DNA from: Podarcis pityusensis
Lineage: Eukaryota
Assembly: GCA_964106645.2 (NCBI GenBank)
Contig: OZ067038.1
Direction: 5' to 3' (one strand)
Length of the DNA stretch: 64,000 bases
The first letter of the stretch is position 1; every line of letters begins with the position of its first letter. The translations under genes were made by a program, and so were the position numbers. Below are positions 38,737 through 51,156 of this stretch, in pieces. The notes below the pieces were generated by a model, which made no database searches, had not been told where the DNA came from, and worked only from the letters and a program-made list of their open reading frames with translations.

Positions 38737-38815
38737 AGTGCATATGACTGTTCTGTGAACTGACTTAGTTTAAATCACATTCAACTAACTGCTTTTTCTC
38801 ACCTCTCTCTTTCAG

Positions 38816-38990
38816 TAATAGTTATGCCCGTGTGCGAGCTGTGGTGATGACCCGTGATGACTCAAGCGGTGGATGGTTACCACTTGGAGGGGGTGGTCTA
38901 AGCTATGTCACCGTTTTCAAAGTCATTCACCAGGAAGAAAATGGCTGTGCTGATTTTCTTATACATGGGGAGCGTCTCAGGGATAAAACG
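38816..38990 (+). CDS. SPRED1: SPRED1 exon 2 (175 nt), N-terminal half of EVH1 domain
   Basis: Branch-like CTAAC, pyrimidine tract and ttcag| acceptor; donor |gtaaag. Encodes (D)[58 protein letters not shown]. Confidence 0.97.
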
Positions 38991-40682
38991 GTAAAGACAA
39001 CTATTTCTTTCTTGTGCCATTATGAACATTCATATTTCTGTGTATCTTTCTAATCTGGACAATATGGGAGTAAGGTACTTTTATGATAATAGTTTCATTT
39101 TGTTATTTGATTAAAAAAAACAAAAACAAGCAAATGTCTGAGACAGAGGAGAGTGTTTATTTTAATATTTAAAGATTGCCTCTCGTTTCATAACCCAAAT
39201 AATATTTCACACTAGGCTATAAAAATCACAGTAAAACTGTAAAACAAACAATAAGAAAAGGAATGTAGTCTAGAATATTGTTACACCAAGTTCTATTTTT
39301 AAAGCTAGACCACTTCAAACTGAGCTTCAGTCATTTTGGAAAACTTAAAACTAATCACTTTTAAGAACAATAAATGGTGGGATAGAATGCATAAATATGA
39401 CATTAATTTTATGTGGAAACAGAGTTTTATTTATTTATAAATATATTTATATTCCACTCATAGCAATATATCATAGTAGTTTACAACAATGCAAAACTTT
39501 AAAACCATACAGTAAAATCGTAAACAATTAAAAACAAGTTAAAAGCAAAAGTTTGTTCCAGAACTGAAAAAGCATTGGAAAGGTGCCGGAACTTTTTGCC
39601 AATTCCACTTTCCCATTGCAGCACCCTGCAACCCAAATCTGTTCCCGGTAGTTCAGGGACCTTTCCGTGCAACATGGAAGGTGGTGCAGAGGCTGCAGGG
39701 AAACTGCCCAAAATTGCCTTCCTTTTTCTTACATCAGTGGATGCCTCATTTGGTTCAGAAGTGCTTCTGCAAACAGGAAAACAACTTTGTGTTTTATCCA
39801 GAATTGCTTATGCGTGTTTGATACAACTACCCACAGAATCGCTGGAAACCAGGAGCCCTTAAAGTGTTATCTGAAACCTAAATGAAGTCACTTCCAAGAT
39901 TGGCTCCCTCAAAGCTGGGATTATATATGCAGGACCCTTCCACAAGGGCAGAAGCCAGCCACATAAGTTCAAGCCATTCAATCAGCATCCCCACTCTAAA
40001 ATATCTACATAGCCAGTCCCTGCCCCTGCGGTTTGGTCCCTTAAATGTTAACGCCAGCCTTGCAGGAGACACTTCCATAAAGGCTGCTCTCCACCCAGCA
40101 GACCACCACCCAGCACAAGGCAATCCAAAGAAATAAATATTTATTTGGGGGGTATATTTATTGGGGGGTATTGTTTTTATTATTATGCATTTTGTGTTTT
40201 TTATCTTGTATTTTTATGTTGTGAATAGCCCTGAGATCTACAGTTGAAGGGCAGTACACAAATTCAATAAATAATAAATAATTTGTGCCCTAAATAATGT
40301 TTCCACCATTTAAACGAATCATAAGGCTTACTTTTAATATGCGTTGCTATCCTGTGAGACCATTTCCTGTGTTCATGCTACCAGCTGAGCTGCTGATATG
40401 TGATGTAAATCTTTTCATGAATGTGGTTTTGGTCGGGTTTTATTTGTAGTGCTGAAAATTATTCTTAGATTTTTGAATGAGTATCTTCAGAGATGACATG
40501 TCCAATGACATGAAGCAACGTGTTCCAGATAGATTTCTATTTTTTTGTGGCAGACCTTAGCGTGGGGACAGAAATAACTGGTTAGTACAGGCGAAACAGT
40601 GGTATTGGCTAGAATATGAGACTGGGGGCGGGGGCGTGTTAAGCATATTATCAGATGCTGTGGGGTGATAGTCAAGGATATA

Positions 40683-40847
40683 CCATATTCACTCGAGTCT
40701 AATGTGCCATCGAATCTAATGCGCACCTCAATTTTCAGAACCTTGAAACCAAAAAAGTATTTGCTGGCAAATTGAATCTAATGTGCACCTTAATTTTCGC
40801 AACGTTATTTGGCAAAAAAAGATGATATTAGTTTCGAGTAAATATGG
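40683..40847. mobile_element. Tc2/pogo-like MITE
   Basis: TA|CCATATTCACTCGAGTCTAAT...ATTAGTTTCGAGTAAATATGG|TA; internal direct repeat gaatctaatgygcacct.aattttc. Confidence 0.8.
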
Positions 40848-42623
40848 TAGTACCCTCTAAAGAGAAACTTCTTTTTCCCCTTGAAAGTGTTGGCTGATTG
40901 CTTATTATCCTCTTTTAAAGGGGCACCACTCCTTTCTACCCTGCATCTTGATTTGTCATCCTATATAGATGCTGACACCCATATGCTGAGCAAATAAATT
41001 CCTATTGCCATTTCACAATAGCCCTAGGTAGTAACACGAAGTTATTTATTGTCTGAAAAAGCAAGCAAATCCTTTCCCCACTTCTTTCTTTCTCTCTGCC
41101 AGCAGCTTTTCTTACTTGCATCGGCCACAAAATTTGACCTGTATCTCCAGCCAGATTTGTTTCAGAGCTCCTCTGTGACTTTTCAATGTGGCTCTCAATT
41201 TAAGACTGAATTTGGCCTGTTTAAAATGTTTCTCTTTTTTGCCCCCATTTGTAGTAATGTGCAGTCTAAAAGAAGCTGCAAGTTCTTTTCTTTTTCAACC
41301 GCCCATCCGGCATGGATTAAGCCTGCCCAAATTATAGACAAATACATCCAGAAGTACTTGTGCAGGGTACCTTTAAAGTTTGGTGTTTTAAACAAAAGAA
41401 AGTCTATAACCTTTTGATTTTCTTTGAGAATTGTATGCAATTTGCTGGCTTGGTCACCCCTTCTGATGGGATGAAACCTGCCAAATTTCTGAACGACAGC
41501 TGCAGTACAAGAAGAATCAGGAGGGAGGGGGCACCAGAAACCCCCAGGAAATACTAGGATAGGGTTAAAGTTGTCTTCCAGCAGCGACCCTTTAATCCCA
41601 AGGGTCATTCGTGGAGAATTTACCCACCCCACTGGATTTTGGAGTTACAAGGGAGATCTCTGCATTGACTTACATATGGGAAGATATAAACCCCCCCCCC
41701 AAAAGCAATGTGATTGGAGTTCTCTGGGGAAATAATTCACTGTGATTACAAAGCTAGAACTCTCCATCAAAATGAAAGATTTCCCCCTGACAACCCCCCC
41801 CCCCAAAAAAAATCTTGGTTTCACTTCTCCAAAATGTGTTTTTTGAACATCCAATACCACAGAGCTACTCAGAAGCTTAGGAGTCCCTGCTCTGACTCAT
41901 GACATCATGGAGTGCCGTCCAACTTGGAAACATGAGAGAACCTTCCCTGAATCATCCCAATCTGTCTTGTAATTTTGGGCACACGCAGAACGAATGCGCT
42001 CCCTAACGTGAACAGTTGAAAGTGGGAAGAACTGGGAAGAGAAGCTTCTACTGTATCTGAGAAGAGCTGTGGCAATGATTTACTAGCTCTTACCCATGAG
42101 GCCAAGTTTGTTTCTGCTGCTGCTGTTTAGGCTGAGCATTTGACAATGGCATAGACACTTGTTGATGGTGGTGGGGGCTAGGCAAGCATTGTGCAAGACC
42201 TACAGGTGATTCTGTCTCTGCTGACTGACGCAGGAGGGCAGCAGAAACAGCATGGGAACTTCAGAAACTTTGTTTTCACTGATCCTAGGAAATAATATAT
42301 AGTATAAGAGTTCCCATTAAAACAAGTTTCAGAACCAACGTTTAACTCAAACTATCAGGCTTGTTGCCTGGTCAGTTCATTTTCTTCCCTGCATGGTTGC
42401 TCCTTTCCCAGTTAATGTGTTAATGCGCAAAATCATAAGGAAATGTGGCAGCTGGGACTGGGTGCCAGAGGAAATCGAGAATAGCACTGAAAGGTATGGA
42501 GCAAATGGCAACAGGAAGGAATGACACATGGGCTCAGCTGGCCAACTGGAGAGATGTTGTATTTGTCATCTCTTGCATTTCCGCCCTTTGTACCTGCCAT
42601 AAACCACCCATTAAGGTTTAGAT

Positions 42624-42759
42624 CAGGCATGGCCAAACTTGGCCCTCCAGCTGTTTTGGGACTACAATTCCCATCATCCCCGGCCACTGGTCCTGTTAGC
42701 TAGGGATGATGGGAGTTGTAGTCCCAAAACAGCTGGAGGGCCAAGTTTGGCTATGCCTG
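42624..42759. mobile_element. Palindromic hAT MITE (136-bp fold-back)
   Basis: Perfect TSD GTTTAGAT; ~55-bp near-perfect inverted arms CAGGCATGGCCAAACTTGGCCCTCCAGCTGTTTTGGGACTACAA... and its complement. Confidence 0.93.
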
Positions 42760-42996
42760 GTTTAGATGAAAAACTAAATTCGTGTCATCTGCTGCAGCGC
42801 TATCCACGCTGCCCTGAGTAGTCAAGTCATGCAGTATGGGTGGATCACACACACTCTTGGTTTATTTAAAGTAGCTTTTGTTAACCTGGTTCCCCTCTGC
42901 ATGTTTTGGGAGTTATAACCCAGAACATACAGGGGACATCAGATTCGCAAAGCTTGGTTTAGAACATATCAGTCCCTCTTTTCAACAACCAAGAGT

Positions 42997-43122
42997 GAAC
43001 ATAGGAAGCTTAGTATTGTCCATACTGGCTGGCTTTCTAGGATTTCAGCCAGTAAACCTAGATTGAACCTGGGACTTTTTGCATGCAAATCTTAAGCTCC
43101 ACCATTAAGCCAGGGTCCTTCC
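42997..43122 (-). mobile_element. tRNA-derived SINE remnant (Squam2-like)
   Basis: gaacataggaagc...gattgaacctgggactttttgcatgcaa (reverse B-box); related copies at ~26520 and ~48656. Confidence 0.6.
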
Positions 43123-43842
43123 CACTCAGATATGCTTGCAAAAGTTTTGATTTAAATTAATATTTTGTATGCTGATATTCCAGCAACAAAGTTCACCTTA
43201 AAGCAACCCACAGCGATAGCAAAGCATTGGAAAACAACACAAATTACACTTCTAACAATTTGAGCATATAATTACAGTTTAAAATAAAAACCCAAGCCAT
43301 AGTAAAGTAAAACCAAAAAACTCATCTAACAGTTAATGCAGTTCAGTACAAACCAATAATAAGTCAAAATACTTTTAAAACAAATAAGAACGCGTGACAG
43401 TAGCAGAGCAGCAGCCTAAGAAACATTTTGAAAGTATCAACCTGCTCATGGTCAGTGCTGAGTTTCTGAGACTTTCCTTATAGTCCCTTTGCCAACCAAA
43501 GTGCCGAGAGAAGGGACGAGAGAGAAGAGCCTTTGCAGTACTGGCATCTGAACTATGGAATAACCTTGCAGGACAGATTCACCAAACCCGCTTTAAGCTT
43601 GCTCTTAAGAACCTGTTTTATTCTGTTGGACATTTTTTCCAATGAATTGCTTGATGTGTTTTTTAGCCTGCTGCTGTTACTGTGTGTTTTTTTATCATGG
43701 TGATTTAAAGTGCTAGTTGGTTTCTTAAATGTGCTTATTTTTTAAAAAAGTTAAAATTTAATATATATAATTACATTTACATATATATGTATATAACAAT
43801 ATATATGTATATAACATACATATACATACAGATTTTATACAG

Positions 43843-43869
<27 letters not shown>
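43843..43869. repeat. (AC)n microsatellite, preceded by an AT-rich repeat
   Basis: Direct read. Confidence 0.9.
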
Positions 43870-43873
<4 letters not shown>

Positions 43874-44771
43874 AAATAAACTGCCATGAGTTTAATTTTA
43901 TCATGGAATAGTGGGATGTAAGTGGTGTAAAACAGAGCTAACATCACACAAGTTAAAACTTATTCTTAAAATAAAATAGAACAATAGGAATGCTTCCAGG
44001 AATGGCTGTTTCATTCGTCAGCCCCTTCCTGTACAGGAAGTGATACCACCAGGCAGCACGACAGCTAGGATGTCATGACTCTGACTGACTGGAGATTTCT
44101 CAAGCTTCCCTTCCTATGCCATACCATTTGATGAGGTGATTAAGGGTGGGTGGTTAGAAAGGGAAAGCAAGTCTTCATGATTGAGCAAATTCCTGGAAAA
44201 TTGAGTAAAAATTCCAAGTAACCTTTGAGCAGTTGGAATTCCCTTGTTGGAAAATGAACCAAACGTCTTAAATTCATATCCCATTAGGTCAAATTAATGG
44301 ATAAAGCATAATTTTACCAACCTTCAAACATTACTTACAATCAAATTTCATAATGGCAATGTATTGTAGTTCATATCTGAAATGATCCAGTAGCTGATGA
44401 ACTTTGCTAAGGAAAGAACTTCATTAGTTCTTTTTAGAGAACGTTCCTCTCAGAATCTTCCTCAACGGTACTGACTCACGGTACTTTCTGTTCCTCAGAC
44501 CATCCATTCTCCTTTATCAGGCTTTTGTTTTGTTTTAAGATCTCTTTGACCTGACACCAGCAATTCTAAAATAGGGCTGACTTCTGTAACAGCACTTCCT
44601 CTATCACACCAAGGCTTCAGGCAGTGAGAAATGAATTGGCTAGAACTCCAGTGGTTCAAGGTAAACTAAATAGAAAGCAATGGCCCAAAACCTCTCTTCG
44701 TTTTGTTTTACAAAAGGAGCAATGAGACGAATTACTTTCAGAGAAAATAGATAGCAGGATACACACTAGAT

Positions 44772-44806
<35 letters not shown>
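44772..44806. repeat. (GATA)n microsatellite
   Basis: Direct read. Confidence 0.95.
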
Positions 44807-44808
<2 letters not shown>

Positions 44809-45829
44809 AATCATGAGCTGGTTCTTGCAAGTGATAAAATGAGCAAGCTTTTAAGAAAACACATTGGGGAGTGATTCTACTTGCTAAGCTTTCAGACATA
44901 TTTGGCTTTGCATTATGAAGAATGCCTTTGCCATTGTGATTGCTCGAAAACATAAAAAATATAGCTATAGCTGAAAATGTGTGTGATCTTTGGCACAAAA
45001 AAGCATTTGCATTAGACCCAGGAAGGAGTTTTAATCGGAATTCAGGCAAAAGGTTTGCTTGCTCAGCCTAGATATGATGTGGTGTTATGATACACAGTAA
45101 AATCACTGTATTTTAGTTGAAGATAACTTGTGGCAAAAGACAGGGTACAGCTTCATGAATAAGAATGTTAGCTTGATATGTTATTGACAAAGAGCCTGAC
45201 AGGTACCTTGAAAAGTGATAGCACCCAGGATATGGATTTCACTTTGGAGTGACAGAGACTATTTCTGGACTTGTTTACCCAGCTTGTTTAGATCTCTGTT
45301 GGAATGTGAAGGGTTTTCTTCTTCTTTCTTTTCACAAAGCACCCCTGACATAATTGCACACTTCCTCCTTTATTATACTTCCCTTCCGAGATCTGGCTCC
45401 AGCCAGTCTAGTTGGAACAATTACCTTCCACTCTAACCTGGACAGGTCTGCTGCTCTTTTAAGCTATGTAAACATCAATGGAGAGTTTCTTTTATATGCA
45501 AAATTAAACATACATTCAGGCTTCAGTATTTTAGATTTTCAAATGCCACAGACTTGATGATATTTATTTTTCCTTTCCGGTTTAATAATGAGACATTTAT
45601 TCTGTAACGTGTTACGCATCTTATTGTCTGGTATCCTTGCTTAACCGCAGCAAGACAAATGAATTCAAAGAGGAAGGCATGGGAAGAGCTTCACCATTCA
45701 TGACTTTCTGAACAAAGAGAAATTGTGCACACCCTTTCTTTTACATGGTGTTCTCCTTCCAAAGTGGATCCTTTCACAGCATTTGGAGACTTAGCAAGAT
45801 TAGAGTAGTCAGATGAGAGAGGTGGGCAT

Positions 45830-46015
45830 GGATGTGGTGTTTTGCTTGAGTATTGGAGACACTGGTTCAAATCCCCATTCAACCATGAAGTTCACTGGAT
45901 GACCTTTAGCCAGGTATTACACATACGTCAGCCTAACCTTTTTTACAGGGTGAGGATATAGTGCGGGGAGCCATGTAGGTCACCTTGAACCCATTGGAGG
46001 AAAGGCAAGATGTGA
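45830..46015 (+). mobile_element. tRNA-derived SINE (degenerate relative of the 23209 copy)
   Basis: ggttcaaatccccattcaaccatgaagttcactggatgacct...cagcctaacc...ggaggaaaggcaagat. Confidence 0.65.
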
Positions 46016-46133
46016 TTGAATGAAATTGAATAGGAAGACTGAAGGAGAAGGGAGACCGGGTACAGTCAATAACCCCTTGGCCAGTTCTTCACTAATTCCT
46101 GATTCAGGATGTTGTCTACACAGTTCAAGAATA

Positions 46134-46359
46134 CAGTGGTACCTCTGGTTACATACGCTTCAGGTTACAGACACTTCAGGTTACAGACGCCGCTAACCCA
46201 GAAATATTGGGTTAAGAACTTTGCTTCAGGATGAGAACAGAAATTGTGCGGCGGCAGCGGGAGGCCCCATTAGCTAAAGTGGTGCTTCAGGTTAAGAACA
46301 GTTTCAGGTTAAGAACGGACCTCCGGAACAAATTAAGTACTTAACCTGAGGTACCACTG
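46134..46359 (+). mobile_element. Tc1/mariner(Tigger)-like MITE, family B
   Basis: TA|CAGTGGTACCTC...GAGGTACCACTG|TA; same orientation as the 8903 copy. Confidence 0.92.
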
Positions 46360-46695
46360 TATTGTCCTAAGTTTTAGAAGATCTGGCCAGTGTTTGGAGC
46401 CAATGTAAAGGGGAAATCAGCTTGTGAGAAGCCAGTCAGAGTAGAAGAGAAAAGTGGCCATGTTGCTGTCTTCAAATTCCCTTCGCCATAATTCGTCTTC
46501 TTTTAATAAAAGGCAGCCTGGGTTTGCTACATGTGTTCTGCATGTAATTAACTGTTACCTCCCTTTGTAACATTATAAAAGATCTCCTCTGATTCACCCA
46601 AACAAACTGAAGTATGTGTGTGCGTACATATCTACACTGGAATAAACTGCACAAAAGCATCTGTGAGCTCATCAAGACTGTCATATTTGTGTGTA

Positions 46696-46795
46696 TCTGA
46701 AGAAGTGTGCATGCACAAGGAAGCTCATAACAATAACAAATCTAGTTGGTCTCTAAGGTGCTACTGGAAGGAATTTTTTAATTATATTTGTTTTG
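46696..46795. mobile_element. Penelope-like terminal fragment
   Basis: Homologous to 37179-37304. Confidence 0.65.
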
Positions 46796-47388
46796 GGATA
46801 AGAATCCTGGGCAATGGCATGAAGTTCTAAATTTAGTAGATTCATAGGGTTCTGTTCATACATTTAGTTGCTTTTACCTACTTGTTTTAAGTTTACAAGC
46901 TGGCCTGGTTCATACATAATGTTAAAACTGTTGTTGTTGATTTATAAACCTTGATCAACTCAAACCATATCTTGGCATTATGTGTGAACTCCGGCCTCCT
47001 CCTTAACTATAGTTAAGGAGCTGTCACAACAAAAAAGTGTAGCCATGAGTGTAAGAGCAGCAAAAATCAAAATCAAACCACTCTCAAGATTTGACTGCTC
47101 TTGTTGGTGCTTTTAACTATTTTGTGGTGTAATAAACCGAAGTTTAAGTGATCATCTGCCAGGTGCCTTGGCTTCAGCTGTGGTTTATTAACTATGGTGA
47201 ACGTTAATCATGGTTTAGCATTATATGCCAATCATGCCACTGTGTACTTACAAAAAAATGCATTGGTATTGCTGTATTATAGCCTGGAATCGGGAACAGC
47301 CAGTAACTAAGGCAAAAACTAAATTTCTTTCAAGTAGGTTATATATAAATGGTTTTTCATGAACTTGTCTGCTTTGGGGAGGAGCTAA

Positions 47389-47712
<324 letters not shown>

Positions 47713-48655
47713 TAATTTTAAAACAATTATAATAGTACCCACAATGTAATACTATATGTGTTAATAAAACTGTGCCGGTCGCCTTTTTGACTGGTTATCT
47801 ACAGGCAGTTGTTTCTCTTTTCCCAGTCTGGGCGGCCCCATTAATATTCAAAATAAACATGAAGAGCAGAAGCATAACTTTTGTACATTTAGGTACAGTG
47901 TTAATGTACATTCATTAATGTTAAAAGGCAAGCACCTGTTTTAGCCTTGAGCAAGAGAGCAACATGCAGCTCCCACAGAGCTGGTCTATGTGGCTGAGGA
48001 GTAATGAGCAATGGTTACAGCAGAGATAGAACACGATGGTGCAGGTCAGCCATGGTAATAATCCCTGCTTACCCAGGGAAGAGGCAAATCACAAATTTGT
48101 GTTTAATATTTTTAAAGCCATATACAAAGCTACCAAAGAGAGTCAACATCCTTTCACTGAAGGACCTTCTCTACCTTTTATAGAGCATTGGCCACTTATC
48201 TAATTGTTTGGATTTCACTTGTATAATGTTAACTAACCTTCTTCCTTGGCCCTCTGTCAGCTTCTATGATGCTTTGCTGTGAGCTGCGATTTTGAATAGT
48301 TTCCAGAGGATTATTTACTTGCAAATGTGTTTAGTTCATATTATGCCAAGTGAAGTGAGGCCTTCAGGTTCAGCAGCATGTGTCTTTTGTTTTTGAGTCT
48401 GTATGTGTGTACTGTTTTGTAACATACTAGCTTTCTTGAATGTTGAAATATCAGAATGAAGTGTGCTGTGCACATTCAGGACACCATTCTGTATTTAAAG
48501 TTCAAACCCCTGTCTGATCCCACACCAGTTTTCATAAGGCTTAGGAAAGGCATTAAACACACTGCAGTGTAATGCCTCTCTTGAGCACTGAATTATCAGA
48601 ATGAAATTTGATACATGTTGATGACATAATTCTCTGTTTGCTTGAACTTGACATT

Positions 48656-48843
48656 GGTAGTGTACATGCCTTGAATGCAGAAGGTCCCAGGTTCAAACCC
48701 TGTCATCTCCCATATAACAAAATTTAGTTGATGGGAAAGATCTCTGCCTGGATTCCCAAAGAGCCCCTATCACTCAGAATAGCTATCTCAGAAAAAATGG
48801 AGAGTCCAGCTAGGGGAACATAGGAAGCTGCCTCATACTAAGT
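48656..48843 (+). mobile_element. tRNA-derived SINE remnant (Squam2-like) with inverted tail piece
   Basis: atgcagaaggtcccaggttcaaaccctgtcatctcc head, then ggaacataggaagctgcctcatactaagtc in the opposite orientation, just upstream of exon 4. Confidence 0.6.
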
Positions 48844-48903
48844 CCTCAACTCTCACATCTGAAAGAAACTTGAGATTTTTATGTTTGTCTTATTCTTCCA
48901 TAG

Positions 48904-48953
48904 GTTGTCTGACATCACATGATGAAATTGAAGTACCTGTAGATGGCTTTCCA
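48904..48953 (+). CDS. SPRED1: SPRED1 exon 4 (50 nt), linker
   Basis: Acceptor ttcttccatag|, donor |gtaagt. Phase 1 in and phase 0 out, as needed to join exons 3 and 5. Encodes (G)CLTSHDEIEVPVDGFP, comparable to human GCPESKNEAEGADDLQ (recalled). Confidence 0.88.
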
Positions 48954-49726
48954 GTAAGTGCTTTAAACTTCCATTATGTTAATTGTATCGGAAGAGATGA
49001 CAGGAGTTTTCAGTGCTGAAAGTGGTCTTACTTGTATTCGTTAAAACCTTTTGAACTTTAAATCTGCAGAAGGATAACCACGTGAACCGTCTTGCCTTGT
49101 AACTATAGAGGTTAGGCTGGGTGACTTTTCATTGTCATATTTAATTCTCAAAGATATAAGCTATTGCTTTGTTTGAGAGACATTTCTTTCTTTTTTTACC
49201 CTGTATTAATGAAAGAGTGAGTGGATATAACTAAGGCAAAGGGGTGCTAAAGTGCCTGAAGCTTAATTTGAATTAAGGCTGAGCTCTAGAAGAAAAATGT
49301 TCATTGCCAAAACTGATACTTGTGAAGGTTGTAATATTATAAAAATGTCCTCTGATTGCATGTGGATTAAAGGGTTTAATGTCAGGCAGGCCTCATCAGG
49401 ATTTAAACCTGTAACCCACTTTCAATGTTGAGGTTCAGTCACACAACATGAGAAGCAACAGCAAGATCATTAGTACTTCAATGTTCTTCCCAAGGCTCCT
49501 GTAGACAAGCAATACACAGTGACTACAAAAAATCCATGGGTGAAATCCAGTGGACGTATGGGGAGTCAAGGGTTAGAGTTTATGGATTTCATTCACATGA
49601 GCTGGAAACTCTTGTTCTAGTTTGGATTATCAGACAGGCTTCACTTTAACTAAGGTAGTGAATTGAAAGCTTTTCAGCCATCGTCTTAGTGTGTGGTGGT
49701 AGTCTATCGCTTTTAAAAGTGATATA

Positions 49727-49781
49727 CAGTGGTACCTCAGATTAAGAACTTGATTCATTCTGGAGGTCACTTCTTAACCTG
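49727..49781 (-). mobile_element. Truncated family B-like MITE end
   Basis: TA|CAGTGGTACCTCAGATTAAGAACTTGATTCATTCTGGAGGTC...CTTAACCTG; one end only. Confidence 0.75.
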
Positions 49782-50992
49782 GAATTTATCTAAATAAGGA
49801 TTATATTACTTTCTCATTGCAGTGTTGGAAAACCCAAAAGTTGTGATGTGTTTTCAGTTGTTTTTTTGTTTTGTTTTTAGTCAAAGATTATTGCACACAA
49901 GTAGATCACTGTTTTGTAAGTGTGTGACTTAATTGCCATATATTAAGATGAGTTACAAGCCTGGAAATGGGAAAAATTGCCAGTCTTTGCTTTTAAAAGC
50001 ATATCATTACTTGGCAACACATGTGGGTCTTTCAGGCAGTATCTGTGTCATCCTTATAGGCAGCAGGCTGCATCATCAAGATTATCACACATTCTCATAT
50101 ATTTTATCTGAGAATAAACTATACCGTTCCTTCTGTAATCAGATGGGGTGTGCTTCATCTGTTTAACAACATTCACAAATGTTGATAAGCAAAGATGAAA
50201 AGGTGTAGGGTGGGTGGCCATAGTTTGCCCAAAGTAGCCTCATAGGCCAAATGCGTAAGCCTGGTGGGCCAAGACTGGGCCACAGACTGGGGGTGCCAAT
50301 CCTAGAGATAGAACAACATCACTTCAGAAGGTGAACGTCTCTTGCCTTGCCTCAGGGAGCAGGAAAACCCCCCATTAAAGGTTGAAAAATGGACACAAAA
50401 TGTCAAGTTGTGGTGGGGTTTTTTACATAATTAAAAACAAACACCACAGACATGATGTCCGTATGAGAAATGTGAATATCCTGGAAGAAAGTTTCAGAAA
50501 AACAGCAACTGAAATACTGGTGTCAGTTGGCAACTTCATTAATGTTGAGCTTCAGAATGAGAAATTGGGGGGGGGGGTTAATGGTTGGCCTAGTGATGCA
50601 ATATGATATCCATTATTCTAAAAAAAATATGGGGACTTTGCTGACATTTGTCTTTCATGCAACTGATGATAATGATGCGTTAAAAAGAAACAGATCATTA
50701 GGGTGTTGCCACAGCTAAATGTAAAGCCCTGTGGTCATTACAGTTCCCACACGGGCTTGATGCTGACCTGCAACTTGTGAATGCATAGTGAAGTGTCATG
50801 GGCCCAGGGCCTTGCTTAGGAGGCATTTATTTATGGATGTCTATCAATGAATTGTTACATGTTACATTGGTCACTGGTCCTTTGCCTGAAAACAATTTTT
50901 CCATAGTTTCCAATAAACATTACCATAAGTTTTCACACTTGCCCATGAAACGTTAGCTCCTTATATATTTTGCCTCAGGTGAGATTCCCCGC

Positions 50993-51156
50993 CAGTGGCG
51001 TAGCGTGGGCGGTGCAGGGGGGGCCGGCCGCACCGGGCGCAACATCTTGGGGGGGTGCTTTCACTCGCAGCTCTCTGCCCCTACTAAAATCCACGGGTTA
51101 GGGGGCGCAAATTACTTGCCTTGCCCCGGGTGCTGACAACCCACGCTACGCCACTG
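50993..51156. mobile_element. Young hAT-type MITE (164 bp)
   Basis: Perfect 17-bp TIR CAGTGGCGTAGCGTGGG, perfect 8-bp TSD TTCCCCGC, CpGs intact. Confidence 0.93.
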
